A DNA stretch of 36,686 nt from Gonapodya sp. JEL0774 (Eukaryota): the NCBI GenBank assembly GCA_027604505.1, contig JADIIX010000019.1:186001-222686 (forward strand), given 5' to 3'. Below, in pieces: positions 1-12,348 of this stretch. Below the pieces are notes generated by a model. That model saw only the letters and a list, made by a program, of their open reading frames with translations. It ran no database searches and was not told the origin of the DNA. The translations under genes were made by a program, and so were the position numbers. The first letter of the stretch is position 1. The number at the start of each line of letters is the position of its first letter.

Positions 1-165
1 AAGAAGGGGAAGGAGAGCACGGGCCGTTGGCTGGGAGAGAAGAGTTCGAAGAGGAAGCGATTGTAGCCAGATGGCAATAGGCGGTGACTGGGGCGTGACT
101 GCCGATTCCGATTGGGGGAGACGCGATTCTGCTGCTGCGGGTGAAGATGGAGGAGAATCCGCCAT
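1..165 (-). CDS. 5' end of a gene running off the left edge, product unknown
   Basis: ATG at 165 (minus strand) opens a stop-free frame to position 1: MADSPPSSPAAAESRLPQSESAVTPQSPPIAIWLQSLPLRTLLSQPTARALLPLL. It lies divergent to the MFS gene. Only 55 codons are visible. Confidence 0.4.
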   Translation of the reverse strand, partial: MADSPPSSPAAAESRLPQSESAVTPQSPPIAIWLQSLPLRTLLSQPTARALLPLL

Positions 166-302
166 CAAAAAGTCTGAAAATATAGTCTATTTTGGTTCCG
201 GAATGCCTGCTGTGTCAATGGGCAGGCAGCTGACAACACAGCGTTCCAATATACCAAATCCAAAACACTATGAAATCTACTTTTCCCGAATCTGACCAAA
301 CA

Positions 303-2793
303 ATGGATGGATCCTTGGCGTCTCAGTCCCAGGAAAGTTCCGCCAGCTCATTCGAAAAGCTACCATTGGAGGAAACGAATCTTGACGTACCGTCTCAGGA
401 AACAGGTATAACTCAGTTCAATCCTTTTAAATACCCATCCACATCTTGGGTGTCGAATATAGCATTCCAGAAACATACGTACTCGATTTATGTTCGCTTC
501 CGACCCGCCGCAGATTCTCCTCCACCGCCGCGTCAGATTGCAATTGTCGTGCTGTGTCTCGGGATTGGTCAAATGCTTGCAAGTCTTGACGGAACCGTTG
601 TGGGTGCGTTGCCCGCCTGCTGCATTGTCGATTCGGACCTCTACTAAAGTCTGACGTCACAGCAACCATGCTCCCGACCATCAGCAGGGATTTCAACGAT
701 ACTTCATCTTATTCATGGGTCGGGAACGCGTATCTGTTGAGTTGGTAATCCACACTCGAGCAAGATTACATGACAGAATCCACTCACCCATGTATTCCAC
801 CAGCGTCGACCGCCCTTGCGCCCATCTGGGGTAAAATTTCTGATATATGTGAGCTGGGCAGTGGCTTCGCTATCTAACAGATAAGAAGACTTGCTTAAGA
901 CCGCATATTTCACCATCTTGGTAGTTGGTCGAAAACGGATGCTCATCGCATGCGTGCTCATGTTTATGGTTACTTCTGTCATGGCAGCCCTAGCTACGAA
1001 TATGGTGAGAAGCAACAATCACGCGCCGGAATGGCACCGAAACCATCGCACCTACTCAAATGCCCTCTTGCGTATGCTCACTCATTTCTCTCCAATCACG
1101 ACCAACGAAAGTGCAGGCAGTGCTCATTACCGCCCGTGCCCTTCAGGGGATTGGGGGTGGTGGCATTTCAGGACTCACCATGGCCATTATCGGGGAGATC
1201 ATATCACCTCGGGAGCGTGGCAAGTATCAGGGAATCTTAGCCTCAACCACCGGTTTAGGCGCCATCATTGGCCCGTTTGTGGGTGGGATCCTAACCGATA
1301 AGTTGTCGTGGAGGTTCGGGTTCTGGATAAATATTCCACTGGGAGTGGTTTCCATTGCGGGTACGTGGGAATGGTTCCTCAACTTGTCCACTTAACCCAC
1401 CTTTCACATCCCGCTCCTCTATTTTAAAGGCTACGCTCTTTTTATTCACCTCCCCTCGCCGACGGGCACTTTGCGCACTCAACTCGGCCGTGTGGACTGG
1501 TTAGGCGTTGTACTCTCCACTGCCGGGACCTCCCTCTTTCTTCTAGGTCTCACATGGGGAGGCGTCACATTTCCATGGGTCTCTGGACAAGTTCTTGGCT
1601 CCTTTGTCGCCTCCGTGGTTTTGATGTTGGCCTTTGTCTGGTGGCAGACCAAGGCAGAGGAACCGGTTGTCTCGCCAAAACTTTTTCAGTCGAGAAACTA
1701 CACCATCATTAATGTTGTGTTCTTTTGTGTCGGGCTGGTGATTTGGAGCATATCGTATTTCGTCCCAGGTGCGAGCCAGATGAAGATTGGGTGCAGTTGC
1801 GCATCCTCGTTCGAAGCGCCCGATTTCCCCCAAGCGTCACTCACCATCGCGGTTCGTTTTGGCTTCCTTGCCTTTCTATTGCGCTTGTGCAGTTTATTTC
1901 CAAGAAGTTCTCGGGCTTTCCCCAACGGATTCTGGGGTGCAAAGCCTTCCGTATATGGGCGGTTTCATCACCATGAGTATGCTGGCAGGATACTTGATCG
2001 CATGGAGTGGACAGTACGTCATTTCCGGTCTCCACTTACTTTGTCTCGTTGTACGTTGCGCTTGAGCTCAATCTTCCGTTCGCTCTACATCAGGCTCCTC
2101 ATATTTCCACGGATTGGTCTCGTCATCACATCGGTTGCTGTGGGTCTCCTGTCGACTCTAGGACCTGACAGCTCCAAGTTTGTTCAGCTCTTTTCTCAGG
2201 CGATCGCAGGAGCGGGGCTTGGGTGGACAAATTCTGTGCGTTGAAGGGTGGAAACCATGATTCACCAATCTCGCAAAGCTCACTCCGTCTGGTCTGCAGC
2301 CCTCCACCGTCTACGCGCAAGTGAATTCACCAACAGATATGATCGGCCCGGGTACTACCGTAGTGCAGTTCACGCGAGCACTGGGATCTTGCGTTGGAAT
2401 TGCTATGTTTACGGCAATCTACCAAAATGTGGCCACCGCCAGACTACCAGCGTTGGTGGAATCTGTCCAGAAAGTGTATGGACTGACTGAGTCGCAGATG
2501 CAGGTGGGCTTGGTATTGGATTTATCAATATTTTTAGTTTGTTCGTGAAGTTCTTGGTTTTTTTACCCAAGTTGTTTTTGGAGATGAGTGGCTCCGAAAT
2601 CCCTACCGAGATATCCTCCATCCCCCCAATCGCCCTTTCTGCCCTAAGAGCCGCACTCGCTGAAGCTCGTTCCGACGGACTTCGGATATGTTTCCTCACG
2701 GGGATTCCTTTCGTCATCCTGGGATGGGTGCTCACGCTCTTCCTGCAGCATGTAACTCTGCGAAAAACTGCAGCGGTGAAAATTAGCAAATGA
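303..2793 (+). CDS. Major facilitator superfamily drug:H+ antiporter (DHA2/14-TMS type), multi-exon
   Basis: Spliced exons give LASLDGTVV..TMLPTISRDF..WVGNAYLL, PIWGKISDI-GRKRML, ARALQGIGGGG, ERGKYQG, GPFVGGILTDKLSWRFGFWINIPLG and VDWLG, all DHA2-type motifs. GT-AG introns occur, e.g. 406-513. Stop TGA at 2791-2793. An alternative in-frame ATG is at 270. Confidence 0.9.
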
Positions 2794-2924
2794 GGTCTCA
2801 TTGCCTTGTTTGCTATTGTTTTTGTAATCCTTTCCCGGACGGACTTTGCAGCAAATCTTATTGTAATGCCTCAACATCCATCAGAAGTCAGAAGTCGCAC
2901 TAGTAAAATATATTAATGATTGGT

Positions 2925-4209
2925 TCACTCCATTTTCTTCTCCAATGAACTTTTCCATTTCCAGTAGGTCGCACTCGTGCCAAACGCGTCGTCCCATACG
3001 GTGAGCCAGTTGGCATCTTTAACATCGAATTCTCATTCATAAGCATAACTTGAGGAATCAAGCACAATATCACAATAAACTTACAATTTCCCATGTTGTG
3101 GGAATGATGCCAATCGTGCTTCTCAGTTCCCTTTGGCAACCACGGAAATTGGTAGCCTGCGTTGAGAATGGGAAACTTCATTTTCAAATGAATTTTGTGA
3201 TCTAAATCCAGGCGCAAACCTCACCACTGTGTGTTAAAATGTTCTGGAATTGACCCCACGCCCTCCAACACAAGAATGTAAAGAAGGGCATATGGACAAG
3301 GTAACACCAAAACAAGGAGGGGATCAGTATGGTGATGAATATCTCTGGAATCGAATTGTGGTTGGTGGCCTGATTTGATGCATTAAGTCCAAAAGCAACT
3401 GAAAGTGGACTACATGAAACTCACAAAGACGGTGACGACGTGGTACTCGTGATGCTATATCAAAGGTGACAGGTCAAGTTTTCGAGCTGATTTGGCCCTT
3501 GTGAATACCTCACCCTCTTATGCAAGTTTTTGTCTTATTGTGCATGGGGAGCGACGTCATCAAAAGATGGGCATCGCTGAGAGTTGGTGAATTTGAACTC
3601 ACACAGCCAAGAGTTCTCATGACTTAAGCGGTGCCACCAATAGAAGAAAGCCTCCGACAAGAAAAATGTTATCAAAATTTGGGTGGCAAACGTGGAGACG
3701 TCAATCGGAATAGGCTTTGATAAGCTTCGTGATGACACAAACACGATTAACTCCTCCTGCTGTCGGAAATGTTTGGGGAACCAAAGACCTTACTCCATCC
3801 ACCATTGATACCATAGTAGCCAGACCCCAGAAAGTATAACAGGAGTTTCCAGGAGGTGCGCTCGTAGCATACCGGAAGACGTCGACTTTTCGAGGGCAGT
3901 GTCCGATGTCTTCTGCTGAATTTTGTATCTCAAAAGCAGTCCCGACCTGGCACGAATGCAGTGAAACTTCCGTAGCGATCTTTGTAGCTTGTTAGAACAG
4001 CTCACTTGTCCGCAGCTCGAAAGAAAAGGAACAGTGGAAGAAATGCGAGCTCCTCGACAAGGACTGTGAACATCTGCAAACCATTGCAACCGATCGGGAA
4101 GACTTGGCGAATAAAAAAAGCCAGTCCACATAAATCTTACCACAAAAGTGAGAGTGTCTCCAATCGATGTGCGAGTCGTTTGGACGGCGTCATCAATCCA
4201 CGAAAGCAT
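2925..4209 (-). CDS. Fatty acid hydroxylase/sterol desaturase superfamily protein (C-4 methylsterol oxidase-like), multi-exon
   Basis: The spliced product has YKIQ and the di-iron His boxes FYWWHRLSH, LHKRHHEY, THSGYQFPW and HDWHHSH, then NYANWLTVWDDAFGT. Stop TGA at 2925-2927. Confidence 0.88.
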
Positions 4210-4508
4210 GATTCACCTCTTCGATCTCGTGATCGGAGAGTTCTAACGATGCGTGAGAGTTTTTCTTCGTCAAAGGTCACCGAAGACCGTACACGTCGAC
4301 TGATGTGATTAGGTTGCAAGTCGCGATCGCCAAGGTTTAGAGGGATATCGGTCTTTCAGAGGGAACAGATCTGAAAGGTATGTGTGTGAGCCATGCGGAC
4401 TTCACCGCCCGCACTGAGTCTGCCAACCAAAAACGTCTGTCAAACCAGATTAATGAGAGAGTGTGCTATGCTATGTATTAAATATCAAGTATAGTGTGCC
4501 CCACTGTA

Positions 4509-7500
4509 TTATCGCGTGACCCCATCAGAGTCCCCAGCTACTTTGAATCCACCGCCCAAGAACTTGGGACCGTTCTGAATCACAGGCAGAACTGGAAACG
4601 CCAACGGGATACCATCGCGATTGTGCTGAACCTTCTGTACACCTGGAGCAAGGCCACCAGAATATGTCGCAGGATCCATTATCCCACCGCCGCTCTTCGC
4701 CAAGCCCTCCAAGAGTCCCCGCACTTTGGCTTCACGTCGCTTCTCGCTGTCGCCGGCTTTCCTGCGTTCCTCAAAAAATCTCTTCTTGTTGTCTTGAACC
4801 TCTCGATTTAATCGACCAATCTCCATTTTGTGTTCAGCCTCTCGTGCTACGTACATGGTAAGCTCGGAGGAAATAGCACGAGTCTCACGAGTCTTGCGCG
4901 TGACATCAGCTTTTAGCTTGCGATTCTCCTCAAGGATCTCATCCGAAGGTCGCATTTTCGATAGAAGTGCCTTGATTTTCTGATAAGAATTTGATACTGT
5001 GGTCAGAGACTGCTCTCGGGAGCATAGTTGTGTGGTGAGCTGAAGGAGACGGTGTTGGAGGAAGTGGAGCTTCGATATCAGTTCCGTCGTGGCGGGATCC
5101 GTACCAGCCAGTGCACGCCATCGATGAAGATTCATTGGGGTAACGAGCTCCTCTATGAAGCGAAGCTCGAGTTGTGTGTTTGCTCAACTGAAATCACATC
5201 GTGGAACGTCCTTCTCACCTTCCAGAACCTTCACACGCATCCTCTCCCTCATCCACTCTTTTTGCAACCGTACCACCTCGCTTTTCAGACCATCAATGCC
5301 TTTTCCACGATCTTCCAGCAGTTTTTTCTCCCTTCGGAGTCTCTTGACTTCCAGCTTCAGCACTCTGATGTCCTCGGTTCTCTCCAGGTACGCCTTCTCC
5401 CCACGCTCAAGTACCCGGGTTTGAAGCGACAATTTTTCTTGCAAGAGAGAGAGTGTAGTATCGAGTCCTTGTATGTTGGAAGACAGTGTGTCTCGCTCGG
5501 ACGTGAGTGCGGAGAGGTTTGTTTGAAGACGTGCTATTGTCCGTTGGTTTTCAGAGATCGTGTGCTGTAGATGAGAGTGCTCTACTTGCTACAGCATAAT
5601 GTCGAATGAAGCGAGGAGAGAAAAGTGGAATGTAGGCTTGTAAATTGCTACAACCGAACACACACGGCTATGAAGGTGGGCCTACCTGACTCTTGAGCAA
5701 TTCCGACCACCTATCATTTGTGAGCTCAAGCTTAGCAATTTGAGCTGTGAGCTGCTCTTTTTCTTTCTCGAACTTGGATGCTTCGAACCGTGCCTTGGTG
5801 ATGTCTGCATATTGGAAGAGTCTCTTTTCTATAGTCATTCAATTCGAAGGCGAGCGCGACAAAAGAATACCTTTGTCTTTGGCAGCAACTTCTTCCTTGA
5901 GTTGCTCCAGTTGATGAAGCACAATCTTGAGCTTGCGTTTCGTCTCGCCGATTTCATCTTGCGCTTCGAGCAGGGATGACGAGTAGTGGTTCCGGTCTGC
6001 TCGCACAGTCTCATAGAGAGCCTAATTGTGGGGGTAAATCATCCATTGAGTTGCATTCCATGCTAGTAACGTGTCCTCGAGTATCACCTGTTGTTCCTCA
6101 ATCCTCTTCTCCATCTCCACGATGCGCTTCTTCGAGTCCAACACGGACATATCTTTCATCTTGGCTGCTTCAACAGCGGCATCTAGTTGTCCCTGTAGAG
6201 CGGTTTGCTGAGAAAGGTGAGTGTCGAGAGTGCGCTCCAGGTGGAAAATGAGCTGTGTGAGAGAAAGAGCGGTAGCGGCATTGGAGTAAGCTCAAACCCT
6301 CCCGCAAACGCACCCGAGACGTACCTTCCTCATTTTCGCTGCCTCTGCTCTGTAGCTCTTCATTTCCTCCTCAACGTTGTCCTTTTCCTGCTCCTTAAGC
6401 TTCACCGCGTCCGCCTGACGTTTAGCGGCAGCTACCGCGCGGACCAGCTGCTGTGTAACAATGTCGCGGTCTCGTCCAGCTTCCGATATTGAGTTGTTCG
6501 CCTGCGTGAGATCCGTGGTCGCGCGTTGGAGAGAGTCTTTGGTGGAGTCGAGGGTGCTCTGTGTGGAAGTCCACGGTCCAGTACATTGTACAGAGTCAGA
6601 GTTCCAAGAATTGCGACTTGACTACATAATTTACGATCTCACATGCAAGCTTTCAATTTCCGCTTCCAAGAGCTTAGCTTTGTCTTCGAATGCTTTGGCC
6701 TTCTTCTCCATTGCCACGGCTTTCTTCTCCCACTTTCTCGCGCCCTCCTTCTCTTTATCCTTGCCATCGTCCATGGCCAGCAGCTCCTGCTCCAATAACC
6801 GCATTTGCTCCACATATGCCGCGTTCTGAACCAGAGCCTTGTCGTACTCGTGGTGCAACGCAGAGAGCTTCTGGTTCAGATGCGTTCCAGCTGCAACCGA
6901 GGCATCTGTCTTTGTCTTCTCAGCAGTAAGGGATTCGGCGAGCGTCCGGACCTCTGCCTTCAGTTTGGTGATTTGGTGGTTAAGGGACTGGATCTCGGAA
7001 TCTTTCCTGGGCACGGTCTCCAGAGTGACGGCTTTAAGTTGAGACTCGATCCGCTCCCGTGCGCGGATCTCGCGATCGGCGAGCGCGCGTTGGGCACCGA
7101 GATTGTCGGAGAGGGATGCGACTTCGGCAGCGAGTGAGGACGAGTCGGCGGAGCAGGAGGACAGCTCGGCGCGGAGGGCGGTCATCTGGTCGTGGAGGTT
7201 GGCGATGATCACATTCGATGAGGCGAGCTGGGCGGCGAGCTGTGTGGATTTCTGTCGGTCGGAACGTTGAGGGTGAGCACAGGTCGAGGTTTGAAAGGAT
7301 GCCGTTCACAATCTCTCACCTCTTGAGAAGCATCGTATTCTTCTTGAGTGTACTTCCCACTGTTCCTGAGCTCGGATGGGTCCGCTTTCATTGGCGGACC
7401 TGCTTTCTCGTCCACCACCACGGCAATGTCCTCAGCTGAGCCCAAGTCCCTTGCTTTCTTTCCTGCGAGTTCTCTCTTGAGAGCCATGTTCTCTGCAGTC

Positions 7501-8246
7501 ATAACATGGAGTGCCTCGCGGACTTTGACCTCTTTCTCTTGCAGCTCCTCGATTGTTGTCTCCTGCCGATGTTGTTGCTTGTCCAATTGAGTGAGCCTGG
7601 TCTTGTAATCCACTGCAAGCTTGAGACACGTCTGAAAATGCACCGAAGATTCTCGAATATGGTCCCGCAGCGAGTCACAGCGCTCAATGAGCTGGCGCTC
7701 GGTGTCGCGAGAAGTCATTAGAGCTTGTATCGCGCGCTCAAGCTCGGTCCTAAGTGCGGACGTAGCTACATCAGCATCACTTTTAGCATTCGCAGCGTTG
7801 AGGGAGAGCGCTACATCATCCACTGCACGGCGAAGGGTTGTAGCGATGGTCTCAGCGTCTTCATTTTGAGGCTTCTCGCTGTCGTCCGTGTGGCTGTTTG
7901 AGAAATTTTGCGATCCACGAAGTGTAGAATCTAAGCCAGTGCCCATTTTAAGGCCTACCTCGGCCAGTTTTGCGAGTGTTGAGAAGTCTGGAGGGAGAGA
8001 ATTAATGTCTTGAGGCATGGTGTGTGGAGCGTGGGATGCATCTCCTGTTGTGGGAGAATGATCAGACGACGGTTGGAGTTGATGATTCAAGTCTTTGTGG
8101 ATTTCCGAAGAGGAGGACGCGAGCGTGAGAGTGTGTTGGTTGAGTGAGGTGGAGTGAGTGACAGTTTCTGTTTGGGATCCAATGGGAGCCGCATCCGATT
8201 TGAGAGTGTCATCGTCTTCTTGAGAGGACGCAGTGGAGACGTCCAT
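4509..8246 (-). CDS. CFAP58: Cilia- and flagella-associated protein 58-like coiled-coil protein, multi-exon
   Basis: Long heptad-rich exons. C-terminal segments EKLSLQTRVLERGEKAYLERTEDIRVLKLEVKRLRREK and PMNLHRWRALAGTDPATTELISKLHFLQHRL match the conserved CFAP58/CCDC147 C-terminus as I recall it. The start at ATG 8246 is the most plausible but not certain. Confidence 0.75.
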
Positions 8247-8540
8247 GCTACGGTTGATTGTGCGATTGTCTTCTGTTCTTCCGCTGTCTTTGGTTCGTCG
8301 TGCACACTCGGGGTGTGGTCCCGGTGATCGGTGATCGGCCCCTCTGATCGACCAAAGCGACGCACACCAGAACTCACAGATGCAATTCTATCTCTCCCCT
8401 CTCACGGTCTACCTACTATATTTGAGAACACCACTCCCCCCATCAAAAAAAAACTAAAAATATTCACATATGGTACTGATACATCTGCGTCAGGGCTACC
8501 CACACATATCTCATCACAATTCCAAGAAGGAACTCGATTC

Positions 8541-10371
8541 TCATTCCGCTTCCAATGGCACTTTCCACTCTGCTCCACTGATCTTCACACCTCCCCGCTC
8601 TTTGGATCCGCCCGGAACGGGATCCCATGGAAGGTCCCAAGCTCCGTCATGCCCACCTGCGGAGAGCCACAGCCTCAGCAGGTGACGCGTGTGAGTGTCG
8701 GAGTTTTGGAACGCTAGTCGATCGTGGACGATCGTGTGGTTCAAGACGAACTGCAAAGGAGAAATGAAAGGGAACATGGTGGTTCGGGCTCTTATGTCCT
8801 GTCCCTTCAATCTGAAGCGTTCACTCACTTGGATGTCGCCTGGTTCCAGCACCATGTGCAACGCATGCTTCTGCGCAAGATCTTCAAACATGTCCAGAGC
8901 CTCAAGTTGCAATGCGGAAAGTGGGGGCTAGATACGCAGATGTTGAAAACGAAAACGATGTGTGCAACCACGTTCCCATCCGTCATCAATGACAGGGTAT
9001 GCACCCACCACCCCTGGATGTCGGTGGGACGTTCTCAAATAGCTACGAGAGTAACGGACAATCAAGTGACCACCATGCCAAGTCAATCCAGGAGTGAGCA
9101 CTACTGGAGCGTCGTTCGGGTTCTTTTCACCCTTTCTGAATGCACAAGAGCAGCGGAATATTACATCGAGTGCAGGGAGCAAAAACACAGTTCTCCGTAC
9201 AATACTTACCTGTCGCGGTAAAAGGGTAACATCAAAACCTGAACCAAGTCCGGCTTCGAAAAAAGCCTCAATACAAAAACGTACCGTTCCCTGGAAGTCA
9301 GAAGGAGCTCACCCGCTTTTCCCTCATTTCGTTATAAATTGCAGCAAGGGAGGCAACCATACTCTCGCCACCAGTCTCAGACGTGCTCAGACACAAAAGG
9401 CCAACGATGTCACAAGAGTCTGTGTGGAATCTTAATGGAGAAAGGGCGAAACAGAATGGTGATTGATCGTGAGGTGTTTGCTTCGGAAGCCATGAACATC
9501 CGCCCCTCCCCTAGGTCGCCCTCCCAAGGCTATTGCTTGAATGCAGCGTCGCCCCCACACTCACTGTTGTCGCTCGTTCGTGGTGTATACACGTACGTCA
9601 CCGTTAGCGAAAGATGATAAACCTAGGTCTTTGATGTGTCCCAAGACATGACTTTTGCCATTTTGGGGAACTCTATCTCCCTATTCCAGTTGGAAGGTCC
9701 CATAATCACGCGTGAGAGACGACTTCATCCAAACTGAGGATTTCAGACAAGTCTACAAAAACTCACAAGATATGCCCCTATGCCCATGAACGCCAGACAC
9801 TGCTGCTCACGCGTCCACCGGGACACCGGAAGCCCTCTGAGAAGTTTCACTCCGTTTCCATGAAGGAGTTCACCGCGGACACTTTCCAGCAGAGGGGAGA
9901 GAGTCGGGAGGGGAAAATTCTGGCGGGCACAAAAGCAGGTTGCGTGAGTCACTGCTCTCCGGGGTGAGGTTTATCGTCGGACGAGAAGTGGAGTCGCGAA
10001 CAAGCAAGGTCATCCATCATCAACGCACTTCCTTTTCCACTTTTATGAGCGGTTTTCCTGAGGATTGGTATGCCCGTATGGCTGCATCGACCTCCTCCAC
10101 GTCCTTGTCGGTGAACACGTAGCACCACCTCTCGGAAGCCTTTTCCATTTCCGGTCCATACCAAAGCCCCTGCTCGATCCGCACTGGCACATCTTCAATG
10201 TGCGTTATCTAGATAGGAATGGGAGTTGAAAATATGTTGAAGGGTGGAGGGCACATTTGAGCTCACGTTTTCGGGTTTAACAACGCCCCATTCTCCATCC
10301 GGGTACAAAGTGGGTGTGGAATCTTTGGGAATCAGTGTGTCTATGGGACCGAGAGTCGTCACCAGACCCAT
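8541..10371 (-). CDS. TauD/TfdA (clavaminate synthase-like) Fe(II)/2-oxoglutarate dioxygenase, multi-exon
   Basis: Spliced exons give GNGVKLLRGLPV, PQNGKSHVLGHIKDLG, FHTDSCDIVGLLCL (HxD iron ligands, ~9417-9430), GGESMVAS, YRDRKGE, LEPGDIQFVLNHTIVHDR (distal His) and RHLLRLWL. An alternative in-frame ATG is at 10419. Confidence 0.9.
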
Positions 10372-10480
10372 TGCCGCTGCGGTTTCGGGATCAGTTTCTC
10401 TGTCATGCCGAAGGACCATGCGACAATCAATTTATGACGACACCCCACACAGACGAAACCATCCGGCCCTGAAAAACGAT

Positions 10481-11941
10481 TTAATTTGTGTCGGGTTTCC
10501 TCCATACAACAACACTCTCCACTATCTCCAAAACCGTTCGCTGCCCCTTCTCCCAACTTCGGACCCAACCTAGGCCTTTATCTTCTGCCATCTCTTCCGG
10601 TTTGATTCCCTGTTTCATATCCAGCAGCCAACTATCACTGTAAATCTTGGAGAGATACCGGTCCCCTCCGTCACAGAGGACCGTGGCGACAACTGGCTCC
10701 TTCAGACCTCGAGCAACAAGGTCTCGTGCGATGCGGCATGCTCCGACAAGATTGAAGGCGGCACTGCTGCCAATAAAGAGGCCTTCCTTCTCCAGAACAT
10801 AATATGCCATGTCGATCGCATCGAGTGCAGTTGCAGAGAGAGCTCCGGTCAACAATGGCGCTGCTAACTTGAAGTTTGATGTTAAACGATCGATGCCAAT
10901 GCCTTCCAAACCGGCAGCGGGTCCAGGAAGAGGTGATAAAGTACCTGACTGTCGAAGGGGGATAGAGATAAGGACAAAGTCATCCAGCAGAGCAGAAAAT
11001 ACATCGAACCTTCATGTATTCAAACAAGTAACCTGATGGCATGTCTAATAGCCAGCACTCCACAGCGGTGTTCCTTGTTTTGAGAGCTTGAGAAACTCCA
11101 GCGATGGTTCCGCCCGTTCCCGCAGCCGCTACGAATGCAGCAACGCGCCCGCTTGTTTGTTCCCATACTGCGTTTTGGGGTGATGTAGGCCACACAGATC
11201 AAACGCGGTACACGAACAAAAAAGACTGAAAACTCACCCACTTTCAGGACCTGTCGTCCGCATATGTGCTCCTGCATTGTCGAGATTCTCAAATTGATTG
11301 GAATACCATGCTCCGGGTGTTGAATCCGCGAGTCTTTGCGCCACGTGGTAGTACTTTCGGGAGTAACCGGAAAAGTCGGCATGTGACACAACCAACTTGT
11401 TCACAAGCAACGCACATGGTGAGGATCCGAGAATGGACAGGGATCAGTAAGCACAAGGTCTGAACAAGGAAACGGATAGCACTCTTATAAACAACCGGAG
11501 GCTGACAAGGGTTTGTTTGAGAACTTCACCTGCTCCAAATGTTCTCAGTAACGTCTGTTTCTCAATTGAGATTGTCCGATTCATCACGCAAACGAATTTA
11601 TAGCCCCTTGCTCTAGCAACCAGAGCGAGTCCGATCCCAGTGTTTCCCCCCGTTGCTTCTACAATTGTTCCGTTGGGAAGGAGGTCACCTCGTTGTTCCG
11701 CACCTAACACCATCGCAAGTGCTGGTCTGTCCTTTATGCTACCACCAGGAGATAAAAACTCGGCTGTTTTCGAGTTGCAGAGTCAGAACTGCGGAGTCTC
11801 AGGTTTGATTCTTAGAGTTGACTCACCCTTGGCGACGATTCGTGCTCCCAAGACTCTGGAAAGGGAGGTGAGTTCCACAAGTGGAGTCTCTCCCACGATG
11901 TCGGCAAGTCCAGTGAGAATGCTTTGACGGGAATCTGGCAT
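10481..11941 (-). CDS. Cysteine synthase / cystathionine beta-synthase family PLP-dependent enzyme (fold type II), multi-exon
   Basis: IVGETPLVEL, AKAEFLSPGGSIKDR (PLP lysine), EATGGNTGIGLA, NQFENLDN, TTGPE, AAAGTGGTIAG (phosphate loop), EGIG and LCDGGDRYLSK. Stop TAA at 10481-10483. Confidence 0.92.
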
Positions 11942-12348
11942 TACGAAATAAGAAGTGAGGTGATCTGGCACCGTGATCACGTCCTTTCTTGAGCTTCACA
12001 GGGGATATGTATATCATATATGGATTCTGTTCATAAATGGACCATTCTTTACAAGTCAGAATGTCCGCTTGCATCGATCTTTTTCTCCTACGTGGATTAG
12101 TATTCTTCGAAAAAACCCGCGTCACCTCATAGCTTTTAGAAATTCTACCCTGGATCACAAAAGGGCAGTTTCGTAAGTTGGTGACTTTCAGAACTGAAAG
12201 AGTCGTATTGTTGTTTTTGGTGCAAGGTCTCACAGCCTGCCCACGCAATGAAACTGCTACTCAAGCACACGTCATTGCAAAAGTGAACACCCACATAAGA
12301 ACACCGTGTGCAACATCTCCCAAAAGTGTTAAAACGTCTTCAGCAAAA

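Noticed and set aside
4353..4377. Hairpin CTTTCAGA-N9-TCTGAAAG between CFAP58 and the desaturase
   Set aside because: Short stem with no recognisable RNA family or terminator context.
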